The notes: generated by a model not told the origin, from the sequence alone. A stretch of DNA of 64,000 nucleotides from Gammaproteobacteria bacterium (GCA_029289265.1 JARFTX010000005.1:34452-98451), one strand, 5' to 3'; shown: positions 28,891 to 41,036, counted from the stretch's first letter. A program made the numbers and translations.

Positions 28891-30141
28891 TCACGCAGGC
28901 AGTCCGTTCAGCCGTTGGTCGATGAGCTCGATCCAGTGGCGCACAGGCTTTGCGGTGCCGGCCTCCAGGTGGGTCATGCAGCCGATGTTGGCCGAGGCGA
29001 TGGTGGCCGCCCCGCCCTCGCCCAGCGCGGCGAGTTTGTTCGCGCGCAGGGTCTTGGACAGCTCGGGCTGCAGGATGGAATAGGTCCCGGCCGAGCCGCA
29101 GCACAGGTGGGCGTCGCGCACCGGCGTCACGGTCGCCCCGGCCGCGGTCAGCAGCTGCTCGATCGTCCCGCGGATCCGCAGTCCGTGCTGGAGGGTGCAT
29201 GGCGCCTGAAAGGCGACCTTGCCGAGTTCGGCCCTCGCCGGACGCTCGGCAATCACCGCGAGGAGCGCATCGCGCTCGGCGGCGACGATCTCGCTGACGT
29301 CGCGGGTGAGCTCGGAGATGCGCGCGGCCTTGTTCGCATAGGCCGGATCCTGCGCAAGCATGTGGCCATAGTCCTTGACCTGGGTGGCACAGCCGGAAGC
29401 GGTCATGACGATCGCCTCGACCTCGCCGGCTTCGATCGCCGGCCACCACGCGTCGACGTTGCGCCGCGCATCGTCGCAGCCACCCTCCTGGTCGTTGAGG
29501 TGGAAGCGCACCGCCCCGCAACAGCCGGCACTCGGTGCCTCGACCAGGGAAATCCCCAGCGCATCGAGCACCCGCGCGGCGGCGGCGTTGATCGACGGCG
29601 CCATCGCCGGCTGAACGCACCCGGCCAGCGCGAACATCCGTCGGGCATGGCGCGGTGCCGGCCAGGCGCCGGCCGGGCGCAGCGCCGGCACCTTGTCCTT
29701 GAGGGTCGCCGGCAGCACGCCGCGCACCAGGCGCCCTGCCTTCATGGCCGCGCCGAACAGGCCGCTGCGGGGCACGAACTCCCGCAGCGCCCAGCGAACG
29801 ACTCGATCCATGCCATGACGCGGCACGCGTTCCTCGACCAGCTTTCGGCCGATGTCGGCGAGCCGGCTGTAATGGACCCCGGACGGGCAGGTCGATTCGC
29901 ACGAGCGGCAGGTCAGGCAGCGGTCGAGGTGCAGGCGCGTCTTCTCGGTGACGTCGTGCCCTTCCAGCAGTTGCTTGATCAGATAGATGCGCCCGCGCGG
30001 CCCGTCGAGCTCGTCGCCGAGCAGCTGGTAGGTCGGGCAGGTCGCGGTGCAGAAGCCGCAGTGCACGCACTTGCGCAGGATCTCTTCGGCCTCGCGCCCC
30101 TCGGGGGTGTCCTTGATGAAGTCGGCAAGCTGGGTCTGCAT
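28891..30141 (-). CDS. glcF: glycolate oxidase iron-sulfur subunit
   Basis: MQTQLADFIKDT...CVHCGFCTATCPTY and CLTCRSCESTCPSGV are 4Fe-4S motifs, followed by CCG-domain repeats. ATG at 30141. Confidence 0.9.
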   Translation of the reverse strand: MQTQLADFIKDTPEGREAEEILRKCVHCGFCTATCPTYQLLGDELDGPRGRIYLIKQLLEGHDVTEKTRLHLDRCLTCRSCESTCPSGVHYSRLADIGRKLVEERVPRHGMDRVVRWALREFVPRSGLFGAAMKAGRLVRGVLPATLKDKVPALRPAGAWPAPRHARRMFALAGCVQPAMAPSINAAAARVLDALGISLVEAPSAGCCGAVRFHLNDQEGGCDDARRNVDAWWPAIEAGEVEAIVMTASGCATQVKDYGHMLAQDPAYANKAARISELTRDVSEIVAAERDALLAVIAERPARAELGKVAFQAPCTLQHGLRIRGTIEQLLTAAGATVTPVRDAHLCCGSAGTYSILQPELSKTLRANKLAALGEGGAATIASANIGCMTHLEAGTAKPVRHWIELIDQRLNGLPA

Positions 30142-30143
30142 GG

Positions 30144-31232
30144 TCAGAATCCGTTGTAGAGGCGACCGGGGCTGAACACCCCTGCGGGATCGAAGGCGCT
30201 CTTGAGGCGGCGATGGATGGCCATGATCGGCGCGGGCAGCGCGTGGAAGACCTCGCCGTCGCGGTTGCCACCTCGGTAGAGCGTCGCGTGACCGCCCAGG
30301 GCCTCGGCACGCGCGCGCACCTGCTCGGCCGACGCGCTGCTGCGCAGCCAGCGCAGGCTCCCGCCCCATTCGATGCACTGCTCGCCGGCCAATCCGAGCG
30401 GCTCGGCAACGCTCGGCAGGGCCAGGCGCCACAGGGCTGATTCGGCCGTACCCGCCGACTGCCCGGTCCCGACGAAGAAATCGTGAGTCTGCTCACGCAC
30501 GGCGGCCCACAAGGCCTCGGCCTCGCCATCGTCCACCCGCGTGCCGCCGAGCTTCTGCACCGCAGACCGGACCGCCGCCTCGGCGCCCGACAGCCGCAGG
30601 GCCAGGACGCCGGCGTACCAGGCGCTTGCCGACAGTGGCAGCGGTTGTCCACCCCATTCGTTGAGCCGCCGGATCGCCTGCGCCTCGTCGAGCTCGAAAC
30701 TCAGGGTCGCCTCGGCGACCGGACGCGGCAACACTTTGAGCGACACCTCGAGGATCAGGCCGAGCGTGCCGAGGCTGCCGGCGATGAGACGAGAGACATC
30801 ATAGCCGGCGACGTTCTTCATCACCTGGCCGCCGAAGTTGAGCACCTCGCCGCGCCCATCGAGCAGCTTCACACCCAGCACATAGTCGCGCAAGGCCCCG
30901 GCCGCGAGGCGCCGCGGCCCCGACAACCCGGCCGCGACGCAGCCCCCCACGGTCGCCGTCGGGCCGAAGTGCGGTGGCTCGAAGGCCAGCATCTGTCCCT
31001 TCTCGGCAATGACCGCCTCGAGCTCGGCGAGCGGCGTTCCGCCGCGCACGGTCACCACCAGCTCCGTCGGTTCATAGCCTACGACTCCGGCGTGGGCGCG
31101 CGTGTCGAGCACGTCGCCCACGAGCGTGCGCCCATAGAACGACTTGGTGCCGCCGCCGCGCGGTTGCAGCGCATCGCCGCTGGAGGCTGCGCGGCGCACC
31201 CGCTCGCGCCACTCTTGAATCTGATCGTTCAT
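30144..31232 (-). CDS. glcE: glycolate oxidase FAD-binding subunit
   Basis: 362-aa FAD-binding PCMH-type domain, positioned between glcD and glcF. Confidence 0.9.
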   Translation of the reverse strand: MNDQIQEWRERVRRAASSGDALQPRGGGTKSFYGRTLVGDVLDTRAHAGVVGYEPTELVVTVRGGTPLAELEAVIAEKGQMLAFEPPHFGPTATVGGCVAAGLSGPRRLAAGALRDYVLGVKLLDGRGEVLNFGGQVMKNVAGYDVSRLIAGSLGTLGLILEVSLKVLPRPVAEATLSFELDEAQAIRRLNEWGGQPLPLSASAWYAGVLALRLSGAEAAVRSAVQKLGGTRVDDGEAEALWAAVREQTHDFFVGTGQSAGTAESALWRLALPSVAEPLGLAGEQCIEWGGSLRWLRSSASAEQVRARAEALGGHATLYRGGNRDGEVFHALPAPIMAIHRRLKSAFDPAGVFSPGRLYNGF

Positions 31233-31366
31233 CGGAAATCCGCCTCCCCTCTTTGTTCATCCCGCCGCGCCTGCCGTCCCGCAACCATGCGCAGCGCACA
31301 CCATGACCCGATCAGCGACAGGACAGGAACCACCACCAGCACGATTTGCAGCGTCGTCTTGTCCAT
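31229..31366 (-). CDS. candidate small membrane protein (45 aa) between glcD and glcE
   Basis: Hand translation: MDKTTLQIVLVVVPVLSLIGSWCALRMVAGRQARRDEQRGEADFR. ATG lies 4 nt after the glcD stop, GAGG 9 nt upstream, and the stop overlaps the glcE ATG (ATGA). One TM helix plus a basic tail. Too short for the ORF track. Confidence 0.35.
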   Translation of the reverse strand: MDKTTLQIVLVVVPVLSLIGSWCALRMVAGRQARRDEQRGEADFR

Positions 31367-31369
31367 GTG

Positions 31370-32881
31370 TCAGAACCTCGGCAGCTCGGGGTGCGGCAGC
31401 TGGCCGCCGCTCGCGCGCACCCGCCCGTACTCGGCGCAGCGATTGAGGGTCGGGATGGCCTTGCCGGGGTTGAGCAGCCCGGCCGGATCGAAGGCTGCCT
31501 TGACGCGAAAGAAGGCGGCGAGCTCGGCGCGGGTGAACTGGCTGCACATCTGGTTGATCTTCTCGATGCCGACGCCGTGCTCGCCGGTGATGGTGCCGCC
31601 GAATTCGACCGACAGCTCGAGGATCTCGGCGCCGAAGGCCTCCGCCCGCTCGAGCTCGCCGGGCTGGTTGGCATCGAACAGGATCAGCGGGTGCAGGTTG
31701 CCGTCGCCGGCGTGGAAGACGTTGATGCAGCGCAGCCCGTACTTGCCCTCCATCACCTCGATCGCCTCGAGCATCGCGCCGATGTGTTTGCGCGGGATGG
31801 TGCCGTCCATGCAGTAGTAGTCGGGCGAGAGCCGCCCGGCCGCCGGAAACGCCGCCTTGCGCCCGGCCCAGAAGCGCAGCCGCTCGGCCTCGTCGCGCGA
31901 GACGCGGATCTCGGTCGCGCCGCTCGCCTCGAGCACCGCGCGCATGCGCTCGACCTCCTCGGCGACCTCCTCGGGCGTGCCGTCGGACTCGCACAGCAGG
32001 ATCGCCTTGGCATCCAGCGGATAGCCGGCATGGACGAAGTCCTCGACCGCGACCGTGGCGGGCTGGTCCATCATCTCGAGCCCGGCCGGGATGATGCCGG
32101 CGGCGATCACCGCCGCGACCGCGTCGCCGGCGCGGGTGACGTCGTCGAAGGCCGCCAGCACGCAGCGCGCGAGCTGGGGTGTGGGCGTGAGCTTGACGGT
32201 GGCCTCGGTGACGACCGCGAGCATGCCCTCGGAGCCGATCGCGAGCGCGAGCAGGTCGTAGCCCGGCGCATCCGGCCCGTGATTGCCGAACTCGACGACC
32301 TCGCCGTCGATGGTGACGCCGCGCACGCGCAGCACGTTATGCACGGTGAGGCCGTACTTCAGGCAATGCACGCCGCCGGAGTTCTCGGCGACGTTCCCGC
32401 CTATGGTGCAGGCGATCTGCGACGAGGGGTCGGGTGCGTAGTACAGGCCGTAGGGCGCCGCGGCCTCGGAGATCGAGACGTTGCGCACTCCCGGCTGCAC
32501 GACCGCGGTGCGCGAATACGGGTCGACCGACAGGATGCGGGTGAAGCGGGCGAGCGACAGCACGACGCCGTTCGCGTGCGGCAGCGCGCCGCCCGAAAGC
32601 CCCGTGCCGGCGCCGCGCGCGACCACCGGCGCCCCCAGCTCATGGCAGACCTTGAGCACGGCGACGACCTCGGCCTCGGTCTTCGGCAGGGCGACGATCA
32701 TCGGCACCTGGCGATAGGCCGACAGGCCATCGCATTCGTAGGGACGCAGATCCTCGGCCTCGTACAGCAGCGCCCCGGCAGGCAGCACGCGCGCCAGGGC
32801 CTCGACCACCCGTACCTTGTCGACGCCCGAAAAGTCTGCCTCCTGCTCGCCCGGAGCCAGGGCTTCATGGATGGTGTTCAT
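31370..32881 (-). CDS. glcD: glycolate oxidase subunit GlcD
   Basis: 503 aa, YECDGLSAYRQVPMIVALP...VVARGAGTGLSGGALP, colinear with E. coli GlcD. Confidence 0.95.
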   Translation of the reverse strand: MNTIHEALAPGEQEADFSGVDKVRVVEALARVLPAGALLYEAEDLRPYECDGLSAYRQVPMIVALPKTEAEVVAVLKVCHELGAPVVARGAGTGLSGGALPHANGVVLSLARFTRILSVDPYSRTAVVQPGVRNVSISEAAAPYGLYYAPDPSSQIACTIGGNVAENSGGVHCLKYGLTVHNVLRVRGVTIDGEVVEFGNHGPDAPGYDLLALAIGSEGMLAVVTEATVKLTPTPQLARCVLAAFDDVTRAGDAVAAVIAAGIIPAGLEMMDQPATVAVEDFVHAGYPLDAKAILLCESDGTPEEVAEEVERMRAVLEASGATEIRVSRDEAERLRFWAGRKAAFPAAGRLSPDYYCMDGTIPRKHIGAMLEAIEVMEGKYGLRCINVFHAGDGNLHPLILFDANQPGELERAEAFGAEILELSVEFGGTITGEHGVGIEKINQMCSQFTRAELAAFFRVKAAFDPAGLLNPGKAIPTLNRCAEYGRVRASGGQLPHPELPRF

Positions 32882-33644
32882 CGTCTCTCCTCCGAAATTC
32901 GGTGGCGCGCCAGTGCATCGGATCGAGTCCGAGGCGGCTGGCTGCTCCGATCAGGTGCGTGGCGGCGGCATCCCGTGCGGCTTCCGCGTCGCCGGCTGCG
33001 ATCGCAGCGTAAATCTGCTGGTGTTCGAGCTGCGCCTGCCGCGCCCGCCCGCTGCGGTGGCCCGGCGCGCTCCAGGTGGGCGCGCGCGACTCGGACAACT
33101 GACGGCCCATGAAGGCCTGCAGGCGTTCGAGCTGGGGATTGCGGGTCGCCGCCGCCACCGCCACGTGGAACTCGTCGTCGGCCATCACCGCGTCGGCGCC
33201 GCTCGCAAGCGCCTGGTCCATCAGCGCGAGCGCCGCCCGCATGCGCATCAGATCCGCCTCGGTGCGACGCTGCGCAGCCAGTTCGGCCGCTCCGCTCTCG
33301 ATCAGATAGCGCAGTTCGAAGACCTCGAAGACCTCCCGCTGCGGGGGCTCATCGGCCTGCGGCCCGGGGTCGCCGGCCGCGGTCAGCCGGAAGCTCGCGT
33401 GACCCGGCAGCGCGGCGACGAATGCCCCCGAGCCTTGCCGGGTGCGGACGCACCCATCGGCCTTGAGCCGCGCAATCGCCTCGCGGATCACCGCGCGGCT
33501 CACGCCGAAGCGCTCGCACAGCACCTTCTCGGTCGGCAACTGCGTGCCCGGTTCGAGCTTTTGCTCGCTGATCCACAGCTCCAGCCGGCGAGCGATCGCA
33601 TCGCTCAACCGATCGGTGTGCTGCGGCCGTTCGATCGCCCCCAT
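32865..33644 (-). CDS. GntR/FadR-family transcriptional regulator (GlcC-like)
   Basis: GntR HTH (LPTEKVLCERFGVSRAVIREAIARLKADG) plus an FCD domain. Co-directional with glcD and overlapping it by 17 nt. ATG at 33644. Confidence 0.85.
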   Translation of the reverse strand: MGAIERPQHTDRLSDAIARRLELWISEQKLEPGTQLPTEKVLCERFGVSRAVIREAIARLKADGCVRTRQGSGAFVAALPGHASFRLTAAGDPGPQADEPPQREVFEVFELRYLIESGAAELAAQRRTEADLMRMRAALALMDQALASGADAVMADDEFHVAVAAATRNPQLERLQAFMGRQLSESRAPTWSAPGHRSGRARQAQLEHQQIYAAIAAGDAEAARDAAATHLIGAASRLGLDPMHWRATEFRRRDDEHHP

Positions 33645-33888
33645 GGTCTCCCGCCGCCTCTCTAGTTGTCTGACAACTTTGCGCATCCTACGCAATGCCC
33701 GAATGAATGTCATCATCGGGATTACCCGCATTCCCGCACGTCGTCCGCGCTGTGCGCCCGCGCTTCCGCATCGCCCCCCGCTCGATCGAACCGCGGCCGG
33801 ACATGCGAGCATGCACACCCCGCCGCGAATGACCGGCTGCCTTTGGTAAGATCCACGGGCACGCACCCCGACGGGAAATCACCCTCGC

Positions 33889-35646
33889 ATGACCATGCAG
33901 CCACCCGGACCGTTCGAGCGACTGCTCCCCTTCGTCGGATGGGCACGGCAGTGGAAGGCGTACGGGGTGCGCGGCGACCTGATCGCCGGCCTCACGGTCG
34001 CACTGGTGCTGATCCCGCAGGCCCTCGCCTACGCCCAACTCGCCTCGCTGCCGCCGCATGTGGGCCTCTACGCGGCGCTGCTGCCGATGGCGCTTGCCGC
34101 GCTGTTCGGCGCCTGCGGCCAGTTGTCGACCGGACCGGTCGCGCTCACCGCGCTCCTCACGGGCGCGAGCCTGCTGCCGCTGGCGCGACCGGATTCGCCC
34201 GATTTTCTCGCGCTCGCGATCCTGCTCGCCCTGCTGTCCGGCGCGATGCAGCTTGCGTTGGGCGTGCTGCGGGCGGGCTGGCTGCTCAATCTGCTGTCGC
34301 GCCCCGTGATGGCGGGCTTCATCAACGCCGCGGCGCTGCTGATCGGCCTGTCGCAGCTTCCGGCGCTGCTGGGGCTGGAGATGACGCGCTCGGATCATTT
34401 CCTGGTCGACCTGTGGCAGCTCACGCGCAGTGCCCCCGCGGCCCACGTCCTGTCGGCCGCGTTCGGCGCGGGCGCCCTGGCCGCGCTGCTGCTGATGCGC
34501 CGCTTTGCGCCACGCCTGCCCGGCGTGTTGATCGTGGTTGCGGTGGCCACGGGCCTGTCGGCCGCGACGGGCTATGCCGAGCGGGGCGGCGCAGTCATCG
34601 GCGCGATCCCGCCCGGACTGCCCGAACTCGCCCTGCCTGCGTTCGCCTGGCAAAAGGCCGTCGCCCTGCTCCCGGCTGCCTTCGTGATCGCGCTGGTGAG
34701 CTTCATGGAAGCGACCGCAAGTGCCGTGCTCATCACCACCAAGACCGGCGAGCGCTGGAATCGCAACCAGGAGCTCGTCGGCCAGGGCCTCGCCAAGATC
34801 GCCGCCGGCTTCAGCGGTGCGATGCCGGTCAGCGCCTCGTTCTCGCGCTCGGCGCTGAACTACGCCAACGGCGCCCGCACCGGCCTGTCGTCGCTCGTGG
34901 CGGCCGCTTTCGTGCTCGCGACGCTCCTCTGGCTCACGCCGCTGCTGTGGCATCTGCCCAAGGCAGTGCTCGCCGCCGTGATTCTGCTCGTCGTGACCAG
35001 CCTGATCGACTTTCGCGCCCTCGGTCGGGCCTGGCGCGCCGGCCGCGACGACGGGCTCGCCTCCGCGGTGACCTTCGTCAGCACCCTCGCCTTCGCCCCG
35101 AACATCCAGAACGGCATCCTCACCGGGCTGTTTCTGTCGCTCGCGCTGATGCTATATCGCGACATGAAGCCACGCACCGCGCTGCTCGGCCTGCATCCGG
35201 ACGGCACCTACCGCGACCTGGAGCGCTTCGGACTCGAACACCCGCACCCGTCGGTCGTGATCATGCGCTTCGACAGCCCGCTCACCTTCGTCACCGCGGA
35301 GACCTTCGAGTCCGCCGCGCTCGAAGCTGCGCGCGCACAGAAGCACGGCCGCTTCCTGCTGATCTCCGCTGCCGGCATCAATGCGATCGACGCCACCGGA
35401 CAGGATGCGATCTCGGTCGTGCAGGAGCGTCTTCGGCGCAACGGCCAGGAGCTCGCGTTCTGCGGCCTGAAGAAGCAGACGATCGACGCGATGGTCGCGA
35501 CCGGCCTGTGGGACCGGCTCGAACCCCACGCCCACTACCGCACCGAGCAGCACGCGCTCGACGGCCTGGTGCCCGAGCGAGCGCAGATCGCATTGCCCGG
35601 ACAGCCCGATCCGCCCCGACCAGCGTCTGACCGATCAATACCTTGA
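33889..35646 (+). CDS. SulP-family anion permease with C-terminal STAS domain
   Basis: 585 aa with [24 protein letters not shown] and a STAS region ([18 protein letters not shown]...). Confidence 0.9.
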   Translation: MTMQPPGPFERLLPFVGWARQWKAYGVRGDLIAGLTVALVLIPQALAYAQLASLPPHVGLYAALLPMALAALFGACGQLSTGPVALTALLTGASLLPLARPDSPDFLALAILLALLSGAMQLALGVLRAGWLLNLLSRPVMAGFINAAALLIGLSQLPALLGLEMTRSDHFLVDLWQLTRSAPAAHVLSAAFGAGALAALLLMRRFAPRLPGVLIVVAVATGLSAATGYAERGGAVIGAIPPGLPELALPAFAWQKAVALLPAAFVIALVSFMEATASAVLITTKTGERWNRNQELVGQGLAKIAAGFSGAMPVSASFSRSALNYANGARTGLSSLVAAAFVLATLLWLTPLLWHLPKAVLAAVILLVVTSLIDFRALGRAWRAGRDDGLASAVTFVSTLAFAPNIQNGILTGLFLSLALMLYRDMKPRTALLGLHPDGTYRDLERFGLEHPHPSVVIMRFDSPLTFVTAETFESAALEAARAQKHGRFLLISAAGINAIDATGQDAISVVQERLRRNGQELAFCGLKKQTIDAMVATGLWDRLEPHAHYRTEQHALDGLVPERAQIALPGQPDPPRPASDRSIP

Positions 35647-35671
35647 CTCGGCTGGCGAGTCGCCGGATAAT
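35643..35671 (+). promoter_or_regulatory. sigma-70 promoter of rplU-rpmA
   Basis: TTGACT (35643-35648), exact 17-nt spacer, GATAAT (35666-35671), about 40 nt before the rplU ATG. Confidence 0.7.
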
Positions 35672-35710
35672 TCGCGGTTCTTTGCAGTACCATCAACTGG
35701 AGTTTCAACC

Positions 35711-36022
35711 ATGTACGCGGTGATAAAAACCGGTGGCAAGCAGTATCGCGTCGCTGCCGGCGAAAAGATCAAGGTAGAACAGATACCGGCCGACGTGGGC
35801 TCCGAAATCACTCTCGACCAGGTTCTCATGGTCGGCGAGGGCGAGTCGGTGAAGATCGGCACGCCTGTGGTCTCGGGCGCCGCAGTCAAGGCGACGGTCG
35901 TCTCGCACGGACGGCACGACAAGATCAAGATTTTCAAGATGCGGCGGCGCAAGCACTACCAGAAGCACCAGGGGCATCGCCAGAACTACACCGAGCTGCG
36001 CATCGAAGCGATCTCGGCCTGA
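35711..36022 (+). CDS. rplU: 50S ribosomal protein L21
   Basis: [25 protein letters not shown]..., 103 aa. Confidence 0.98.
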   Translation: MYAVIKTGGKQYRVAAGEKIKVEQIPADVGSEITLDQVLMVGEGESVKIGTPVVSGAAVKATVVSHGRHDKIKIFKMRRRKHYQKHQGHRQNYTELRIEAISA

Positions 36023-36050
36023 TTGCCCATACGGCAGGAGTTGATACGTC

Positions 36051-36314
36051 ATGGCACACAAAAAAGCTGGCGGCAGTTCTCGCAACGGCCGCGACTCTGA
36101 ATCAAAACGACTCGGCGTCAAGCGCTACGGCGGCCAGAAAGTGCTCGCCGGCAACATCATCGTGCGTCAGCGCGGCACCCAGTACCACGCCGGTGAGAAC
36201 GTCGGGATCGGCAAGGACCACACCCTGTTCGCCCTCAAGGACGGCACGGTGCAGTTCTCGGTCAAGGGCGCGCTGAAGCGCCGCACCGTCACCATCGTGG
36301 CCGAAGCGGCCTGA
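36051..36314 (+). CDS. rpmA: 50S ribosomal protein L27
   Basis: [29 protein letters not shown]..., 87 aa. Confidence 0.98.
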   Translation: MAHKKAGGSSRNGRDSESKRLGVKRYGGQKVLAGNIIVRQRGTQYHAGENVGIGKDHTLFALKDGTVQFSVKGALKRRTVTIVAEAA

Positions 36315-36333
36315 TCGCTGCTTTCGCCCGCGA

Positions 36334-36368
36334 AAAGCCCTATCCTTGCGGTAGGGCTTTTTTGTTTT
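36334..36368 (+). terminator. rho-independent terminator or attenuator after rpmA
   Basis: AAAGCCCTA...TAGGGCTTT stem followed by TTTTGTTTT. Confidence 0.8.
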
Positions 36369-36403
36369 CGAGGCATCGCGGCCGATTCCCATCGGCCGCA
36401 TGA

Positions 36404-38646
<2,243 letters not shown>

Positions 38647-38784
38647 CAAGGCTCGCGACGGCCGCAATTGCGACGGCAGGCTGCAGAGCCGCAGGGCAGG
38701 CATGGCGCGCGAAGTCGCGGGACTCGACCCGAGCGCTCCTGCCAGTATCCTCTGCGCAACCGACGAGACCGCAATCGGCGAAAA

Positions 38785-39615
38785 ATGGCAGACACGATCT
38801 CAGCGACCCACCGTTTCCTGATCGAGATCGCGGAAGAACTCTCCGCCCGCGACCTCAGCTTCCCGACCTTTCTCGACGCCACGCTGAAGATCCGCATGGC
38901 GCTCAACAAGGCCGACATCACCGCAGAGGAACTCGCCAAGGTCGTTGCGACCGAGCCGCTGCTCTCGGCGAAGCTGGTGAGGCTCGCCAACTCGGTCGCG
39001 ATGAACCCATCCGGCCAGCAGGTCGTCGATGTGCGCACCGCGGTGATCCGGGTCGGCTTCTCGTCGGTGCGCACGCTCGCCATCGCGCTGGCGATGGAGC
39101 AGCTCATGCAGACCAAGGAGATGGGCGACTACGTCAGGTACGCCCGCCCGCTTTGGGAGCACAGCGTCGACGTCGCCGCCCAGGCCTTTGTCCTCGCCCG
39201 GCGACTCACCCGAATCAACCCGCACGAGGCCTTGTTCGCCGGCATCGTGCATAACATCGGCGCCTTCTACCTGCTCGCCCGCATCGCCAGCCGGCCCGAC
39301 GTCGCACCCGACGGCGAGGAACTCACGCGGCTGATCGACGAATGGCAGTCCAGCATCGGCCATGCGGTGCTGTCCGCGCTGGAGATCCCGGACGAGATCC
39401 TCGCGGCCATCGCCGACCAGGAAACCCCCTTCACCGGCGAGATCCCCGCGACGCTCGCGCAAATCCTGTATGCCGCAAACCGTCTGTCCGAGCGCTCTGG
39501 GCATCTGCACTCCGTCGCCCCGGACCAGCACCCGCCGGCGCTGCAACGCGCTGCTGAAATCATCGCTGGCTCACAGGAAGAACGCACGTCGCTGATCGCG
39601 GCGCTGGGGCGGTGA
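38785..39615 (+). CDS. HDOD-domain signalling protein
   Basis: Stand-alone HDOD: FPTFLDATLKIRMALNKADITAEELAKVVATEPLLSAKLVRLANS...GIVHNIGAFYL. ATG at 38785. Confidence 0.8.
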   Translation: MADTISATHRFLIEIAEELSARDLSFPTFLDATLKIRMALNKADITAEELAKVVATEPLLSAKLVRLANSVAMNPSGQQVVDVRTAVIRVGFSSVRTLAIALAMEQLMQTKEMGDYVRYARPLWEHSVDVAAQAFVLARRLTRINPHEALFAGIVHNIGAFYLLARIASRPDVAPDGEELTRLIDEWQSSIGHAVLSALEIPDEILAAIADQETPFTGEIPATLAQILYAANRLSERSGHLHSVAPDQHPPALQRAAEIIAGSQEERTSLIAALGR

Positions 39616-39711
39616 TGCCTTTCCGGACGGACGTGACGATCGCTGCCCCCTGCCCGCTCGGGATTCCGCGGCACTTCCGCCGCGAGCCGAAGTCGGATTG
39701 AGATCCCGGCG

Positions 39712-40941
39712 GTGGCGCACGGCATCCAGCGGGTACTGCTGATCGCCGAGGGCGCCACACTCGCCCACGTCGGGCGCCCGCTGGTGATTGCGCGTACGCT
39801 CGAGCAGACCGGCGTGGAGGTCGTGTTCGCGCGGCCGCCGGAATACGCCTGGATGACGCAGCACGGGCGCTTCGAGATCGTCGATTTGCGCAGCCAGCCC
39901 CCGGCGGAATTCGCCCGTCGCCTCGACGCCGGTCGCCCGCTCTACGACCTCGACACCCTGGAAACCTATGTCGCCGACGATATCGCGCTGCTGCGCCGAT
40001 TCCGGCCCGACGCGGTGATCGGCGACTTTCGCCTGTCGTTGTCAGTGAGCGCGCGGCTCGAAGGCATCCCCTACGCGACGCTCTGCGATGCCTACTGGAG
40101 CCCGGAGTGCCCGCTCGACCCGATCGTTCCGGTCCTGCCGTTCACGCGCTTCATGCCGATCGGACTCGCCCAGGCGCTGTTCTCGGCCGTGGCGCCCATC
40201 GCCTTCAGGCTGCACGCCCGCCCGATGGAAGCGCTGCGGCGGCGGCATGGACTGCCCGGCTTCGGGCACGACCTGAGGCGCTGTTACACCGATGCGGACC
40301 TTCGCCTGTTCGCCAACCCGCGTGAGCTCTTCCCTCAGGTGCGCCCCCACTCCGGCGCTGCCTTCATCGGGCCCATCGCCTGGTCGCCCGACACCCCGCT
40401 CCCGGATGATTTTCCGTCGGACCCGGATCTCGTGTATGTCTCGATGGGCAGTTCCGGCAATGTCGGCATTCTTGACACGCTGTTCGCGACGCTTGCCTCG
40501 CTGAACCTGCCGGCCGTGGTCGCGACCGCCGGCCGGCCGGCTCCTCCCCCGCCCGCCCGCAGCTGCATCCGGCTGTACGACTTTCTCCCCGGCCGCGAAG
40601 CGATCGCACGCAGCCGACTGGTCGTCTGCAACGGCGGCAGCCCCACCACCAACCAGGCTCTCGCCGCCGGCGTGCCGGTTCTGGGCATTCCGCAGAACAT
40701 GGACCAGTTTCTCAACATGCGGGCGATCGAGCACTACGGCTGCGGGATCGGGGTACGTACCGACCGCTGCACGGCTGCGGCCCTGCATGCCGCCCTGTCG
40801 TCGCTGCTTGCAGGCACTCCTGCGCATCGGGCAGCGCAGCGCGTCCGGGCGGCGATTGCCGCCGGCGAAGGCCTGAGTCCGATTGCGGATGCGATCGGCG
40901 CCTTGCACCGCACCCGGCCGACCGAGCGCGTCGCGACGTAG
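39712..40941 (+). CDS. GT1-family (MGT/UDP-glycosyltransferase-like) glycosyltransferase
   Basis: C-terminal nucleotide-sugar-binding signature LVVCNGGSPTTNQALAAGVPVLGIPQNMDQFLNMRAIEHYGCGIGV. GTG start. Confidence 0.8.
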   Translation: MAHGIQRVLLIAEGATLAHVGRPLVIARTLEQTGVEVVFARPPEYAWMTQHGRFEIVDLRSQPPAEFARRLDAGRPLYDLDTLETYVADDIALLRRFRPDAVIGDFRLSLSVSARLEGIPYATLCDAYWSPECPLDPIVPVLPFTRFMPIGLAQALFSAVAPIAFRLHARPMEALRRRHGLPGFGHDLRRCYTDADLRLFANPRELFPQVRPHSGAAFIGPIAWSPDTPLPDDFPSDPDLVYVSMGSSGNVGILDTLFATLASLNLPAVVATAGRPAPPPPARSCIRLYDFLPGREAIARSRLVVCNGGSPTTNQALAAGVPVLGIPQNMDQFLNMRAIEHYGCGIGVRTDRCTAAALHAALSSLLAGTPAHRAAQRVRAAIAAGEGLSPIADAIGALHRTRPTERVAT

Positions 40942-41021
40942 TGTCGGAAATTTTTACACCAGAGGCTCCCGACAACTGAGCCATCCGAGATTAACCATAA
41001 ATAATCAAAGCGTTGCAAAAC

Positions 41022-41036
41022 TGGCCTGGAGATTGC
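41022..41036 (+). promoter_or_regulatory. sigma-54 (-24/-12) promoter upstream of PEP-CTERM gene 1
   Basis: TGGCCTggagaTTGCT shows the GG-N10-GC spacing of the TGGCAC-N5-TTGC consensus, 60 nt before the ATG at 41096. An IHF-core-like AATCAAagcgTTG lies at 41003-41015. Confidence 0.6.

Noticed and set aside
28262-30652. 796-codon minus-strand ORF overlapping glcF and glcE
   Set aside because: It is an alternative frame of the glc genes, with Arg/Pro/Ala-rich composition and no motifs.
39669-39683. CGGCACttccgCCGC upstream of the glycosyltransferase gene
   Set aside because: The GG-N10-GC spacing fits, but both half-sites are weak and only about 25 nt from the GTG start. This is expected by chance in GC-rich DNA.
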